A stretch of 64,000 bases of DNA, from the NCBI GenBank assembly GCA_006226305.1, contig SBHG01000016.1:10009-74008 (forward strand), given 5' to 3'. How positions within the stretch are numbered: the first letter of the stretch is position 1; every line of letters begins with the position of its first letter. Of the stretch, positions 38,452 through 47,621 are shown one piece after another. The translations under genes and the position numbers were made by a program. The stretch comes from Alphaproteobacteria bacterium. GTDB taxonomy: Bacteria; Pseudomonadota; Alphaproteobacteria; M2410. The notes beneath the pieces were generated by a model. That model was not told where the DNA came from and made no database searches. It saw only the letters and a program-made list of their open reading frames with translations.

Positions 38452-40049
38452 CGACGCTCGCAGGTCTTGGAAAACGTGATGGCGGGGAATTTTTCTTCCA
38501 TATAGCCCACTTCCCAATTGCTTTTGGCCAGAAATACCGGATTGCCGTCACGGTCCTCAGACAGGGCCAAGCGATTGGTTTCTTCAAACCGGGCCAGCTC
38601 TTTGGGGTCCTCTGTCGTTATCCAGCGGGCGGTTTCATAGGGAGCAGGCTCAAAATCAATGGCCAGGCCATATTCCGCCTCGACCCGGTTGACCAGAACA
38701 TCAAGCTGCAGCGCACCAACCACGCCGACAATCCAGTTGGAACCGATGTTGGGTTTAAAAACCTGGGTCACCCCTTCCTCCGCCAGGCTTTCAAGAGCTC
38801 GGCGCATATGTTTGGCTTTCATGGGATCGCCAAGGCGCACCCGGCGCAATATTTCGGGCGCAAAGTTTGGAATGCCGGTGAACTTGAGGTCACCGTTTTC
38901 CGACAAGCTGTCGCCGACCCGCAAGGTGCCATGGTTGGGCACGCCGATGATGTCGCCCGGCCAGGCTTCCTCGGCCAGCTCGCGGGACTGGGCGAAAAAG
39001 AGGATCGGGTTGTGAATGCCGATGGCCTTGGTCGACCCCGCCGGTTTGAGCTTCATACCGCGCTTGAACTTGCCGGAGCACAAACGCATGAAAGCGATGC
39101 GGTCGCGGTGGTTCGGATCCATATTGGCCTGCACTTTAAAGACAAAGCCTGAGACTTTGTTCTCGCCGGGATCAACCACGCGCTCGGTGGTCTTTTGGGG
39201 TTGCGGAGGCGGCGCGAAGTCATGCACCGCGTCGAGCACCTCCTTGATGCCGAATTTGCGCAGCGCCGACCCAAAATAGACCGGCGTCATGTGACCGGCG
39301 CGATAGGCCTCCAGATCAAACGCCGGATATCCTTCCTGGGCGAGCGAAGCCTCAAGGCAGGCGTTCTCAGCGTCTTCCGTGTCCATGATCGCCGCCAGGG
39401 TTTCTGCCTCCATGTCAGGCAGAATTTCACCGACACCTTTTTCCCGGTCGTAAGGGATGAAATTTTTATCCCGGAAATCAAACACCCCCTTCAACTGACC
39501 GCCCATGCCCGCCGGCCAGGTCATGGGCACTGTGTCCAGAGCCAGGGTTTCGCTGATTTCCTCCAGGATTTCGAACGTCTCGCGTCCCTCCCGATCGATC
39601 TTGTTAACCAGCGTGATAATGGGAATATCGCGCAACCGGCAGACTTCGAAGAGCTTGAGGGTCTGCGGCTCAATACCTTTGGCCGCATCAATGACCATGA
39701 TGGCGCTGTCAGCGGCCGTGAGGGTGCGGTAGGTATCCTCAGAAAAGTCCTCGTGGCCGGGCGTATCGAGGAGGTTGAAGGTCACATCCTTGTATTCAAA
39801 GGTCATGACCGCCGTGGTTACCGAAATACCCCGCTGCTGCTCGATTTTCATCCAGTCGGAGCGGGCCCGACGTGCTTCCCCGCGGGCCTTGACCTCTCCG
39901 GCCAAGTGGATCGCTCCGCCCATCAGCAGGAGGTTTTCCGTCAGGGTGGTTTTGCCTGCGTCCGGGTGGGAAATAATCGCAAAAGTGCGCCGTTTCGCGG
40001 CTGTGGCCGCGAGAGTGGACGGGGCTTGCGAAGGGGCAGCACTAGACAT
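38448..40049 (-). CDS. prfC: Peptide chain release factor 3 (translational GTPase)
   Basis: 533 aa. G1 AIISHPDAGKTT, G3 DTPGHEDF, G4 NKIDR, and RF3 domain organisation. Confidence 0.9.
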   Translation of the reverse strand: MSSAAPSQAPSTLAATAAKRRTFAIISHPDAGKTTLTENLLLMGGAIHLAGEVKARGEARRARSDWMKIEQQRGISVTTAVMTFEYKDVTFNLLDTPGHEDFSEDTYRTLTAADSAIMVIDAAKGIEPQTLKLFEVCRLRDIPIITLVNKIDREGRETFEILEEISETLALDTVPMTWPAGMGGQLKGVFDFRDKNFIPYDREKGVGEILPDMEAETLAAIMDTEDAENACLEASLAQEGYPAFDLEAYRAGHMTPVYFGSALRKFGIKEVLDAVHDFAPPPQPQKTTERVVDPGENKVSGFVFKVQANMDPNHRDRIAFMRLCSGKFKRGMKLKPAGSTKAIGIHNPILFFAQSRELAEEAWPGDIIGVPNHGTLRVGDSLSENGDLKFTGIPNFAPEILRRVRLGDPMKAKHMRRALESLAEEGVTQVFKPNIGSNWIVGVVGALQLDVLVNRVEAEYGLAIDFEPAPYETARWITTEDPKELARFEETNRLALSEDRDGNPVFLAKSNWEVGYMEEKFPAITFSKTCERR

Positions 40050-40145
40050 GGGGTAATTGGGCCTTCAGGTAACAATTCAATACAAAGTAAGGAGCGCCCT
40101 CATACACGCTTCCTCGGCCAGATGCAAAGGGCCTGAAAACGGGGC

Positions 40146-40481
40146 TTACTCGACCGGTTCGGTGAGAAAATGGCGCCCGTCCCGATCTTCGATCTCAATG
40201 ACCCAGAGATCGGGGTCCATCCGGCGGGACCGCTCAATATAGGCGTCCACATCCGCCTCGGGAGCCGGTGAATTCTTCAAGCCCTTTACCCAGACCAGCT
40301 GACCATCAGCATTGCGCACCTGGTCGTAGACCTCGAAAGATCGGTCGAGACGGTTGATTTTGATCAGAACCACACCTGCCGAGGCATCGCCGCGGCGCAC
40401 CAAGGTTGCCATAGCGCCCGCGGAATTCGCCCGGCGGAGCAAGGCCCCTGCCCAAATGTCGGTCCTCAGACGACTTTCCAT
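40146..40481 (-). CDS. DUF1491 family protein
   Basis: 111 aa from the internal ATG (MESRLRTDIWAGALLRR...). The family is restricted to alphaproteobacteria. Confidence 0.65.
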   Translation of the reverse strand: MESRLRTDIWAGALLRRANSAGAMATLVRRGDASAGVVLIKINRLDRSFEVYDQVRNADGQLVWVKGLKNSPAPEADVDAYIERSRRMDPDLWVIEIEDRDGRHFLTEPVE

Positions 40482-40589
40482 AATATCTTCCGTGTAAAGA
40501 ATCGTTCTTCTATTAAGCGTAAAGAAGTAATCTGTCGCTATACCTTTGGGCTGAATCACTCTGTTAAAACAGACACAAGGGTAGTAGAC

Positions 40590-42851
40590 GTGGGAAAATT
40601 CTTACATTCCGTTACGGATGTGAGCCGAAAGACGGTGCTTACCGCCATCGCTTTGGCGTGCCTGGCGATATTTGTCTTTTTGGCGGCCTTGCCTACAGAT
40701 CTGACTACCCAAACCTTCCTTGTCATCACAATCTATGCCTGGCTGCTTTTGACCAACCAGTGGCGCGATACCATGTTTGGCAAGGTGGTTTATTTCGCGC
40801 TGATTACGCTTCTCAGCCTGAGGTATTTCATCTGGCGATCGTTTTCCACACTGGTTTTCGAAGACCCGATCAGTTTTACGCTGATGATCCTGCTTTATTT
40901 GGCTGAGGTGTTTGGGTTTCTTTTGTTTGCCTTCGGCCTGGTGGTCAATATTGTGCCGCTGAGCCGGGAGAAACGGCAGATCAAACCGGACCTTGAAAAT
41001 TTGCCAAGCGTCGACATTTTTGTTCCGACCTACAACGAAGCGCCGGAGCTCCTGTCGATTACGGTCGCGGCGGCCCGTCAGATTGACTACCCGGAAGACA
41101 AACTGAACGTCTATGTGCTGGACGATGGCGGCACCACCGCCAAGGTCACCCAGGAAGATCCGCAAAAACGGCAAGAGGCTCTGGATCGGCAGAAACTTAT
41201 TCAAAATCTCTGCAAAGAATTCGGCGCGATTTACAAAACGCGCGAGGAAAATATTCAAGCCAAGGCGGGAAATATCAATGAGGCCCTGAAAACCACCGAT
41301 GGTGACCTAATGTTGGTGCTTGATGCCGACCATGTGCCGACCTCTGACATCCTGATGCGCACAGTTGGATATTTCCAGCAACGCGACGACCTCTTCCTGG
41401 TCCAGACGCCGCATTTTATGATCAATGCGGATCCCATTGAACGCAACCTTGATACGTTTCGGCGAATGCCGAGCGAAAATGAAATGTTCTATCGCTCGAT
41501 CCAGCGGGGGTTGGATTTTTGGGACGCGAGTTTCTTTTGCGGCTCAGCGGCAATTTTGCGGCGCAAGGCACTTGAAGAAACTGGCGGCCTTTGCACGGAC
41601 ACCATTACCGAAGACGCGGAAACCGCCCTCACCCTGCACGCCAAGGGCTGGCACTCTGTCTATGTACCGCGCCCCATGGTTGCGGGTCTTGCGCCGGAAA
41701 CTTTCTCAGGCCTTGTGGTTCAGCGCACACGCTGGGCGCAGGGGATGGTGCAAATCCTGCTCCTTCGCAATCCGCTCCTCATGCCCAACCTTACCTGGGC
41801 TCAGCGCATTGGCTATTTGTCAAGCTGCCTTTATTGGCTATTTCCCATCGCCCGTTTTGTCTTTTTGATCGCCCCGCTGGCCTTTTTGCTATTCGGACTG
41901 AAAATCTACAATGTCAGCGGCACAGAATTCCTGGTTTACACACTGCCGCATTTCGTGGGCTCCATGGTTTATGCCACCTTCCAATTCGGCAAGGTGCGCT
42001 GGCCCTTCATCGGCGCGGTCTATGAATTAATGCAATCGCTTTATGCCCTGCCGGCCGTTCTGTCGACCGTCCGCAATCCCCATTCGCCTCACTTTAATGT
42101 CACGCCCAAGGGCGAACGCCTCGACAAAGAATTTGTCTCGCCACTTTCGGCCCCTTTCTACGTGGTCTTCGCATTAAACCTGATTGCTTTTGCCGCGGCG
42201 GCCTATCGCTGGGAAATGTACCCGGGCCAACACGATGTGATCCTGGTGACGGGGCTTTGGAATTTCTTTAATTTTGTCACGCTGCTCATGGCGCTTGGCA
42301 TTCTGATCGAACGGCGGCAACTACGCCTCAACCCCCGCACGCCGGCGGATGTTCGCGCGGTGCTCAAAATGGGTGACGCGCGGGTTGAAGGGCGCCTGCT
42401 TGATCTGTCCATGGGCGGCGCGCGGTTCAAGGCCGACAATTATGTCGACCCCGGCCTTATCCGGCTTTCGCATGAAGGGACACTAATCGTGCCGGCGCGG
42501 GACGAGGTGCGCGAAGTGACGCTCGAAGTTCGGCGCAATCCCAATGCCCCTCTCGACATTGATGTAAAGGGCCTCGGCCTTTCTTTCCACGCATCAGATG
42601 CGACATCCTTTGGTGAGATTGTCTCGCTGGTGCATGGTAATTCCGAGCGGTGGGAACAATATTGGAATCGCAACGAACACGAACCCCGTGTTATGGATGC
42701 CTTGATGTTCCTGATCCGCGCCGGGTTCATAAATTCATTCCATCATTTTGTTTTGCTGATACGCATGGGGCTCGGCGCGCTTGGGCGTAGGCTCAGCTTT
42801 AAAAGATTACGGAAAACCGGGCATGCGCAAAAGGGCCATGCGAACGCGTGA
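40590..42851 (+). CDS. bcsA: Cellulose synthase catalytic subunit BcsA (GT2 plus C-terminal PilZ c-di-GMP-binding domain)
   Basis: 753 aa, GTG start. D,D,D and QxxRW motifs (DDGGT, LDADH, QTPHF, QRTRWAQG), eight TM helices, and a PilZ region (RxxxR...DLSMGGARF). Confidence 0.9.
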   Translation: MGKFLHSVTDVSRKTVLTAIALACLAIFVFLAALPTDLTTQTFLVITIYAWLLLTNQWRDTMFGKVVYFALITLLSLRYFIWRSFSTLVFEDPISFTLMILLYLAEVFGFLLFAFGLVVNIVPLSREKRQIKPDLENLPSVDIFVPTYNEAPELLSITVAAARQIDYPEDKLNVYVLDDGGTTAKVTQEDPQKRQEALDRQKLIQNLCKEFGAIYKTREENIQAKAGNINEALKTTDGDLMLVLDADHVPTSDILMRTVGYFQQRDDLFLVQTPHFMINADPIERNLDTFRRMPSENEMFYRSIQRGLDFWDASFFCGSAAILRRKALEETGGLCTDTITEDAETALTLHAKGWHSVYVPRPMVAGLAPETFSGLVVQRTRWAQGMVQILLLRNPLLMPNLTWAQRIGYLSSCLYWLFPIARFVFLIAPLAFLLFGLKIYNVSGTEFLVYTLPHFVGSMVYATFQFGKVRWPFIGAVYELMQSLYALPAVLSTVRNPHSPHFNVTPKGERLDKEFVSPLSAPFYVVFALNLIAFAAAAYRWEMYPGQHDVILVTGLWNFFNFVTLLMALGILIERRQLRLNPRTPADVRAVLKMGDARVEGRLLDLSMGGARFKADNYVDPGLIRLSHEGTLIVPARDEVREVTLEVRRNPNAPLDIDVKGLGLSFHASDATSFGEIVSLVHGNSERWEQYWNRNEHEPRVMDALMFLIRAGFINSFHHFVLLIRMGLGALGRRLSFKRLRKTGHAQKGHANA

Positions 42852-42958
42852 TGTAAATTATGGTGAAGAGTTGTTAACGGGAATCATTTAGATTCCCTAT
42901 CAAAATCAACAGAAAACCTGTCGGGTCGCAGGTTTTCGACAGACAAAGAGAGTGACTT

Positions 42959-45292
42959 ATGAAACCCGTCGCATACAGACGATCTCAGTTTCGTTATGGC
43001 CTCAGCGTTGCCTGCCTTTGGGCGGCGCTGGCTGGACCTATTGGCGCTTCAGCTCAGGAAGATGTCGTGCCAGAGGAAGCACCCATCATTACAGCTGAGT
43101 CAATTGTTATAGAAGGCGAAAACCTGTTCCGTCTGCCGTTGAAACAAATGCGCGCGGGCACCGGCAATATCGAACTTCGGCGGAGCCATTCGTTTGACAG
43201 CGTTTTCTATTCAATTGCGCCTCAGATGCACATTGAGTCCGCCAACCTGCGGCTGGAGTTTGTCAACTCTCTGTCGCTTGTCGAAAGCCGGTCGCAGCTG
43301 CGCGTCCTGAACAATGGAAATGTCGTTGGCCAGTTCCGCCTCGATCCTTCCCACCCCAACGGGGTTGCCAATGTTGAGATCCCGGTACGCCTCATCAAAC
43401 CCGGATATAACAACCTCACTTTCGAAGTGGCGCAACATTATACCGATAGCTGCGAGGACTTCACGGCACCGGAACTTTGGACGCAGATTGACACCGAGCA
43501 TTCAGAGCTCGTGCTCAATGGCAGTTTTGACCTTGCCAATCCGACGCTGTCGCAGCTGGATGACCTGATTTCACCTAACCTTGGCGGCGCCCGGGATTTT
43601 GCTTTGATCAGCGCTTCCGGCGATATGAGCGGCGACGTTTTGCGTCTGGGCGGCATGATTTCGCAGGCGGTGGCTTTGCGTCTTGAGTATTTCATGCCGA
43701 CCGTCAGCTTCGAGCGCGCCCTTGCGGCGAGCGACGGAGAAGGGATTTTTGGCGGGCTTGATGTTTCGCACCTGGAAGACGAGAACGTTATTCTTTTTGG
43801 TACTGCTGACGAGATCCGCAATTACGTCGCGCCTGAGGTTGCAGATGCCATCACTTCTTCGTTTGTCGGCATTTATCCGCTTGCGGGCCATGACGGTAAA
43901 TTTGCGCTTATTGTTTCCGGCACCACGGCGGAAGAAGTCGAACGCGCAGCTTTGGCCTTCAGCCTCGATAATTTTCCCTTTGTGGATGCGTCGACAATGC
44001 TGATCGACGACATCACCGTGCCTGAGGCCGCCATGGCGGCGGCCGGCCCGCGTGTAGAGCCGCAATCCACTTACAAATTCTCCGAATTGGATTTCCAAAC
44101 GCAGACATTGAGCGCGGTGGGCGAACAGTCCGCAGCACTACGCTTCCAGCTGCCGGCGGATTTCTACGTGCGGGAATCTGAAAACCTGGAGCTTGCTCTC
44201 GACATGAGCTATGGCGCCGGTTTCCGCGGTGACTCCGCCCTCAACCTTTATCTCAACGGGTATTTCCTTCAGGCGATCCCGATGTCGAGCGAGAATGGGG
44301 CAACCTTCCGCGACTACAAGGTCTATATGCCCGCGCGGGCGTTTATTCCGGGGCAGAACACGATTGAATTTCGTCCAGCTTTCCACTCGCCCTTTGGCGG
44401 TGAGTGCGTTGCACCCGGGCGGGACAATCTCCTTCTCACCTTGGCGGGAAGTTCAGAGCTCGCCATCCCTGAAGCCGAGCGCTATGTACGCCAACCCGAC
44501 CTATCGATTTTTGAACGTACCGGTTTCCCCTATACGAGAGACCCGGCGGGCAATGATCTGGCGGTTCTGGTCGGTGGAGACGATGATGACACATTGAGTG
44601 CCGCTTTCACTATGGTGGCCAAACTGGCGCAGGTTTCACGCGCGCCGCTTTATGGGGTTCATTTGAGCTTTACGGCCGATGACACGCTGAAAGCCAGAAA
44701 CGTTTTTGCGGTTGGTGCGATCGATCAGATCGATGAGAGCGTATTGAACGGTGCGCCAGTTTCGCTGAACGACATCAACGCCCTACCCTATCCTGCTTCG
44801 TCTCGGGCCATGGCGCAGGTCGCTCAAGCCGACTATTGGAATGACTTTAATGCGGCATATGAAGCCGCGCGCGGCAAGGGTGGTGATGCGGCGTCAACCA
44901 ACATTCAGGTCAAGCAGACGGGCAGCCTGGGAAAGAATTCCCTAATGATTGCCTATGAGTCGCCCTATCTTGAGAAGAAAACCATGACGGTGATTACGGC
45001 CGCCACCTCCAGCGCGCTTGCAGCCAATATGGATGCGGTTGTGCAACCAGAATTCTGGGGCCAATTGGCCGGAGATCTGGCGCTTTGGCGAGCAGATACC
45101 GAGAAAGTCTGGGTACAGCGAGCTGGACCACTTTTCCACGTTGGTAAAATCGATTTCTTCGAGATGATGCGCTATCATCTGGCGCGTGCACCGTGGTGGT
45201 GGATTTTCGGCTTCCTGGTCGTTATTCCGGTCTTTGCCTATGTGGTGCGGGCGCTCCTGCGGGATCGCCGCCGCCTGAAAGAGACGGTCTAA
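42959..45292 (+). CDS. bcsB: Cellulose synthase periplasmic subunit BcsB (C-terminal TM anchor)
   Basis: 777 aa. Signal peptide, a large periplasmic region, and a single C-terminal TM (WWWIFGFLVVIPVFAYVV) followed by a basic tail. Positioned directly after bcsA. Confidence 0.85.
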   Translation: MKPVAYRRSQFRYGLSVACLWAALAGPIGASAQEDVVPEEAPIITAESIVIEGENLFRLPLKQMRAGTGNIELRRSHSFDSVFYSIAPQMHIESANLRLEFVNSLSLVESRSQLRVLNNGNVVGQFRLDPSHPNGVANVEIPVRLIKPGYNNLTFEVAQHYTDSCEDFTAPELWTQIDTEHSELVLNGSFDLANPTLSQLDDLISPNLGGARDFALISASGDMSGDVLRLGGMISQAVALRLEYFMPTVSFERALAASDGEGIFGGLDVSHLEDENVILFGTADEIRNYVAPEVADAITSSFVGIYPLAGHDGKFALIVSGTTAEEVERAALAFSLDNFPFVDASTMLIDDITVPEAAMAAAGPRVEPQSTYKFSELDFQTQTLSAVGEQSAALRFQLPADFYVRESENLELALDMSYGAGFRGDSALNLYLNGYFLQAIPMSSENGATFRDYKVYMPARAFIPGQNTIEFRPAFHSPFGGECVAPGRDNLLLTLAGSSELAIPEAERYVRQPDLSIFERTGFPYTRDPAGNDLAVLVGGDDDDTLSAAFTMVAKLAQVSRAPLYGVHLSFTADDTLKARNVFAVGAIDQIDESVLNGAPVSLNDINALPYPASSRAMAQVAQADYWNDFNAAYEAARGKGGDAASTNIQVKQTGSLGKNSLMIAYESPYLEKKTMTVITAATSSALAANMDAVVQPEFWGQLAGDLALWRADTEKVWVQRAGPLFHVGKIDFFEMMRYHLARAPWWWIFGFLVVIPVFAYVVRALLRDRRRLKETV

Positions 45293-45313
45293 CTCAAACC
45301 CGGAGCGGGGCCC

Positions 45314-47614
45314 ATGCCCAATAGCCGCCAAACATCAACTCTCGCTTTGATCATCGGGATCTGGGCGCTCTCCGGGCGCCCGATCTCGCTGGCCTATGCC
45401 GAAGACGTCGCGCGCGAAACAGACCGGTCGCAGGTTGAAGCCAGCAAGGATAAGACCCAAATTGACCGCTCCGCCGCGACAGAAACAGCTGTGAGCGATC
45501 AAGAGAATGTCAAAATTGTTCCGCCAGGCGACGGCGACATCGAGCTTGTCATCAAAATGCTCAGCGATCTTCTCCCAACCGAATTCATGGCGACGACTTC
45601 GACCCTGGATGTGGATGCGAGCTTGAACCGGATAGCCGACGACATCAATGCCGCCTATCAGGCCAACAAGCTTGGGGAGGTGCTGGACATGGCTCAGGCC
45701 AACCCGGACGTTCGGGACGTGCGGCCAGATGTCAGGGTTCTGGAAGCGTGGAGCCTTCACCGCCTTGGACGCTCAGCCAGTGCTCTGGAAGCGTTTTCAG
45801 CCCTCTATGCCAATGAGCCATTGCCGTCCCATGCCTCCGGCGTTCTTTATGCCGGCATCAACAGCGAACGGTTTTCCAAAGTCTACAATCTGGCCGAGGC
45901 TGATGACGGGCCGCTCGGTCAAATTCTGGTGCATGGCAAAGATGCCAATTTGCCGGTTGAGACCCAGGCAGAGATTAAAAAGGTTCGCGTGGATTTTCTA
46001 ACCAGCTGGCTGGCGGCGGCTTTCAAGTATGATCTGGATTACACCGCCCGGCGCGTGACAGATCTTCTGGCTCTAGAAGGCGTGAAGCCTAACGTGGGGC
46101 CGCAAATTCTGGCCATGGGGTGGCGCGCTTATAACCGCGAGAATTTTGCGGAGGCGGACCGTCTTTTCAAGACCTCCAAGTCGGCCGGCGGGCTTTCGAC
46201 GGCTCAGCGGGATGAGGCGACTTATGGCCGGGCCTTGAGCTTGCGGGCAAGCGGCGACAATGACGGCGCTCTTGCGCTTGCAGAAGCCGGTGCCCCGTCT
46301 CACGCTGGCATGGCGGAACTTGTTGCAGTCATTCGAGAAGACCAACAACCCGCTCTGCAGGTTGGAGATGCGGCCACGGCGACGGACTATATGACGGCCG
46401 AAGAAACTCCCTGGGTGATGAGCGCCGCAGAGCGTGCCACCTACCGCGGGCACTTTCTTCTGGCGGCCAAGGCCGATCCTGAAACTTTTGGGCCTATGAA
46501 GGAAACAGGTATCACCTGGCTTGGCGATACCTTGCGGGTCCAATCGCGCGATGGTGACAAGGGCCTTAGCAAACTCACAATCGTGTCTGACAAGATCGGG
46601 GCCGCATGGTCTTCTGGCCTTTCCCACTACAAAGTCGAACTGGAGTGGATGTCCCTTGACGCGGGCGGACAACATGACGGCACGCGTCCCGTGGGTCTGT
46701 GGGACGCCATTGGCGGTCCGATCATCCCTGAGTTCATTGATGAAGAAACCTCTTTGCTGGTGCCGCATATTTCCTGGTGGCGTGAAGGTGCCACATCCTG
46801 GCACGCAGAACTCGGCGCTTCGCCCATTGGCGGCGAAGCCGACCCGACCGTAACCGGCCGTCTTGGCTTGGATATCTTTGATGGTCCAGCGAAAACATCA
46901 TTGTCTCTCTATCGGACCCCAGTTTACGAATCCATCCTGTCCGCCAGCGGCGCGAAGGACCCGATTAGCGGTGAGGCTTTCGGCGGTGTTGTCGAAACGG
47001 GCCTTGAGGTTTCTTACTTCGGCCCTCTCAGCGAACAATGGAATGTCTCCGCAGGCGGCTCCTGGGGCCAGCGTACCGGCGAACATGTCCAGGACAACAA
47101 TCATGTCAAGGTCGCTCTGGGCATCTCCCTTAACTTGGAAAAACCTGGGTTTACCTATCTCTCAATCGGTCCCAGTTACCGCTATGAGAGTTATGATCAC
47201 AATCTCTCACAATTTACCGTTGGCCATGGCGGCTACTATAGTCCGCAGGAGCTCCACAATCTGGGACTTGCCTTAAACTTCATGACGGACGAAGGGCGCG
47301 AGTGGCTTGTCAAGGGTGATGTCTCTATTGGCGCTCAAACGGCGACCCAGGATGAAAGCCCCTATTACCCTATCTTGCCTGGCCCGCATGTGAATTTCTA
47401 TTCAGGTGATGACACGACGGGTCTGGGCATTCAGGGGCAGATGCAAGGGGTGTGGCGGTTGTCAGATCGCTGGATGCTCGAGGCCGGCGCCTATGGCCAG
47501 AACAATGAAGACTTCTCCGAAGTCATGGGTTTTATCAAGCTGCGCTTCCATTTTGGCGCACGCTCGGCCACCTACTCTTCTGATTTGACAGAGCCGCTTT
47601 ACCGCCAATGGTAG
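45314..47614 (+). CDS. bcsC: BcsC-like outer-membrane protein (short TPR region plus C-terminal beta-barrel)
   Basis: 766 aa. Signal peptide, a TPR-like helical N-terminal half, and an alternating-hydrophobic beta-strand-rich C-terminus ending in an aromatic residue (..YRQW). Third gene of the bcs operon. Confidence 0.65.
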   Translation: MPNSRQTSTLALIIGIWALSGRPISLAYAEDVARETDRSQVEASKDKTQIDRSAATETAVSDQENVKIVPPGDGDIELVIKMLSDLLPTEFMATTSTLDVDASLNRIADDINAAYQANKLGEVLDMAQANPDVRDVRPDVRVLEAWSLHRLGRSASALEAFSALYANEPLPSHASGVLYAGINSERFSKVYNLAEADDGPLGQILVHGKDANLPVETQAEIKKVRVDFLTSWLAAAFKYDLDYTARRVTDLLALEGVKPNVGPQILAMGWRAYNRENFAEADRLFKTSKSAGGLSTAQRDEATYGRALSLRASGDNDGALALAEAGAPSHAGMAELVAVIREDQQPALQVGDAATATDYMTAEETPWVMSAAERATYRGHFLLAAKADPETFGPMKETGITWLGDTLRVQSRDGDKGLSKLTIVSDKIGAAWSSGLSHYKVELEWMSLDAGGQHDGTRPVGLWDAIGGPIIPEFIDEETSLLVPHISWWREGATSWHAELGASPIGGEADPTVTGRLGLDIFDGPAKTSLSLYRTPVYESILSASGAKDPISGEAFGGVVETGLEVSYFGPLSEQWNVSAGGSWGQRTGEHVQDNNHVKVALGISLNLEKPGFTYLSIGPSYRYESYDHNLSQFTVGHGGYYSPQELHNLGLALNFMTDEGREWLVKGDVSIGAQTATQDESPYYPILPGPHVNFYSGDDTTGLGIQGQMQGVWRLSDRWMLEAGAYGQNNEDFSEVMGFIKLRFHFGARSATYSSDLTEPLYRQW

Positions 47615-47621
47615 ACGGGGT

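Noticed and set aside
38295-40136. Plus-strand ORFs of 285 aa and 313 aa opposite prfC
   Set aside because: The minus strand encodes full-length RF3 with G-domain motifs. The plus-strand ORFs are shadows.
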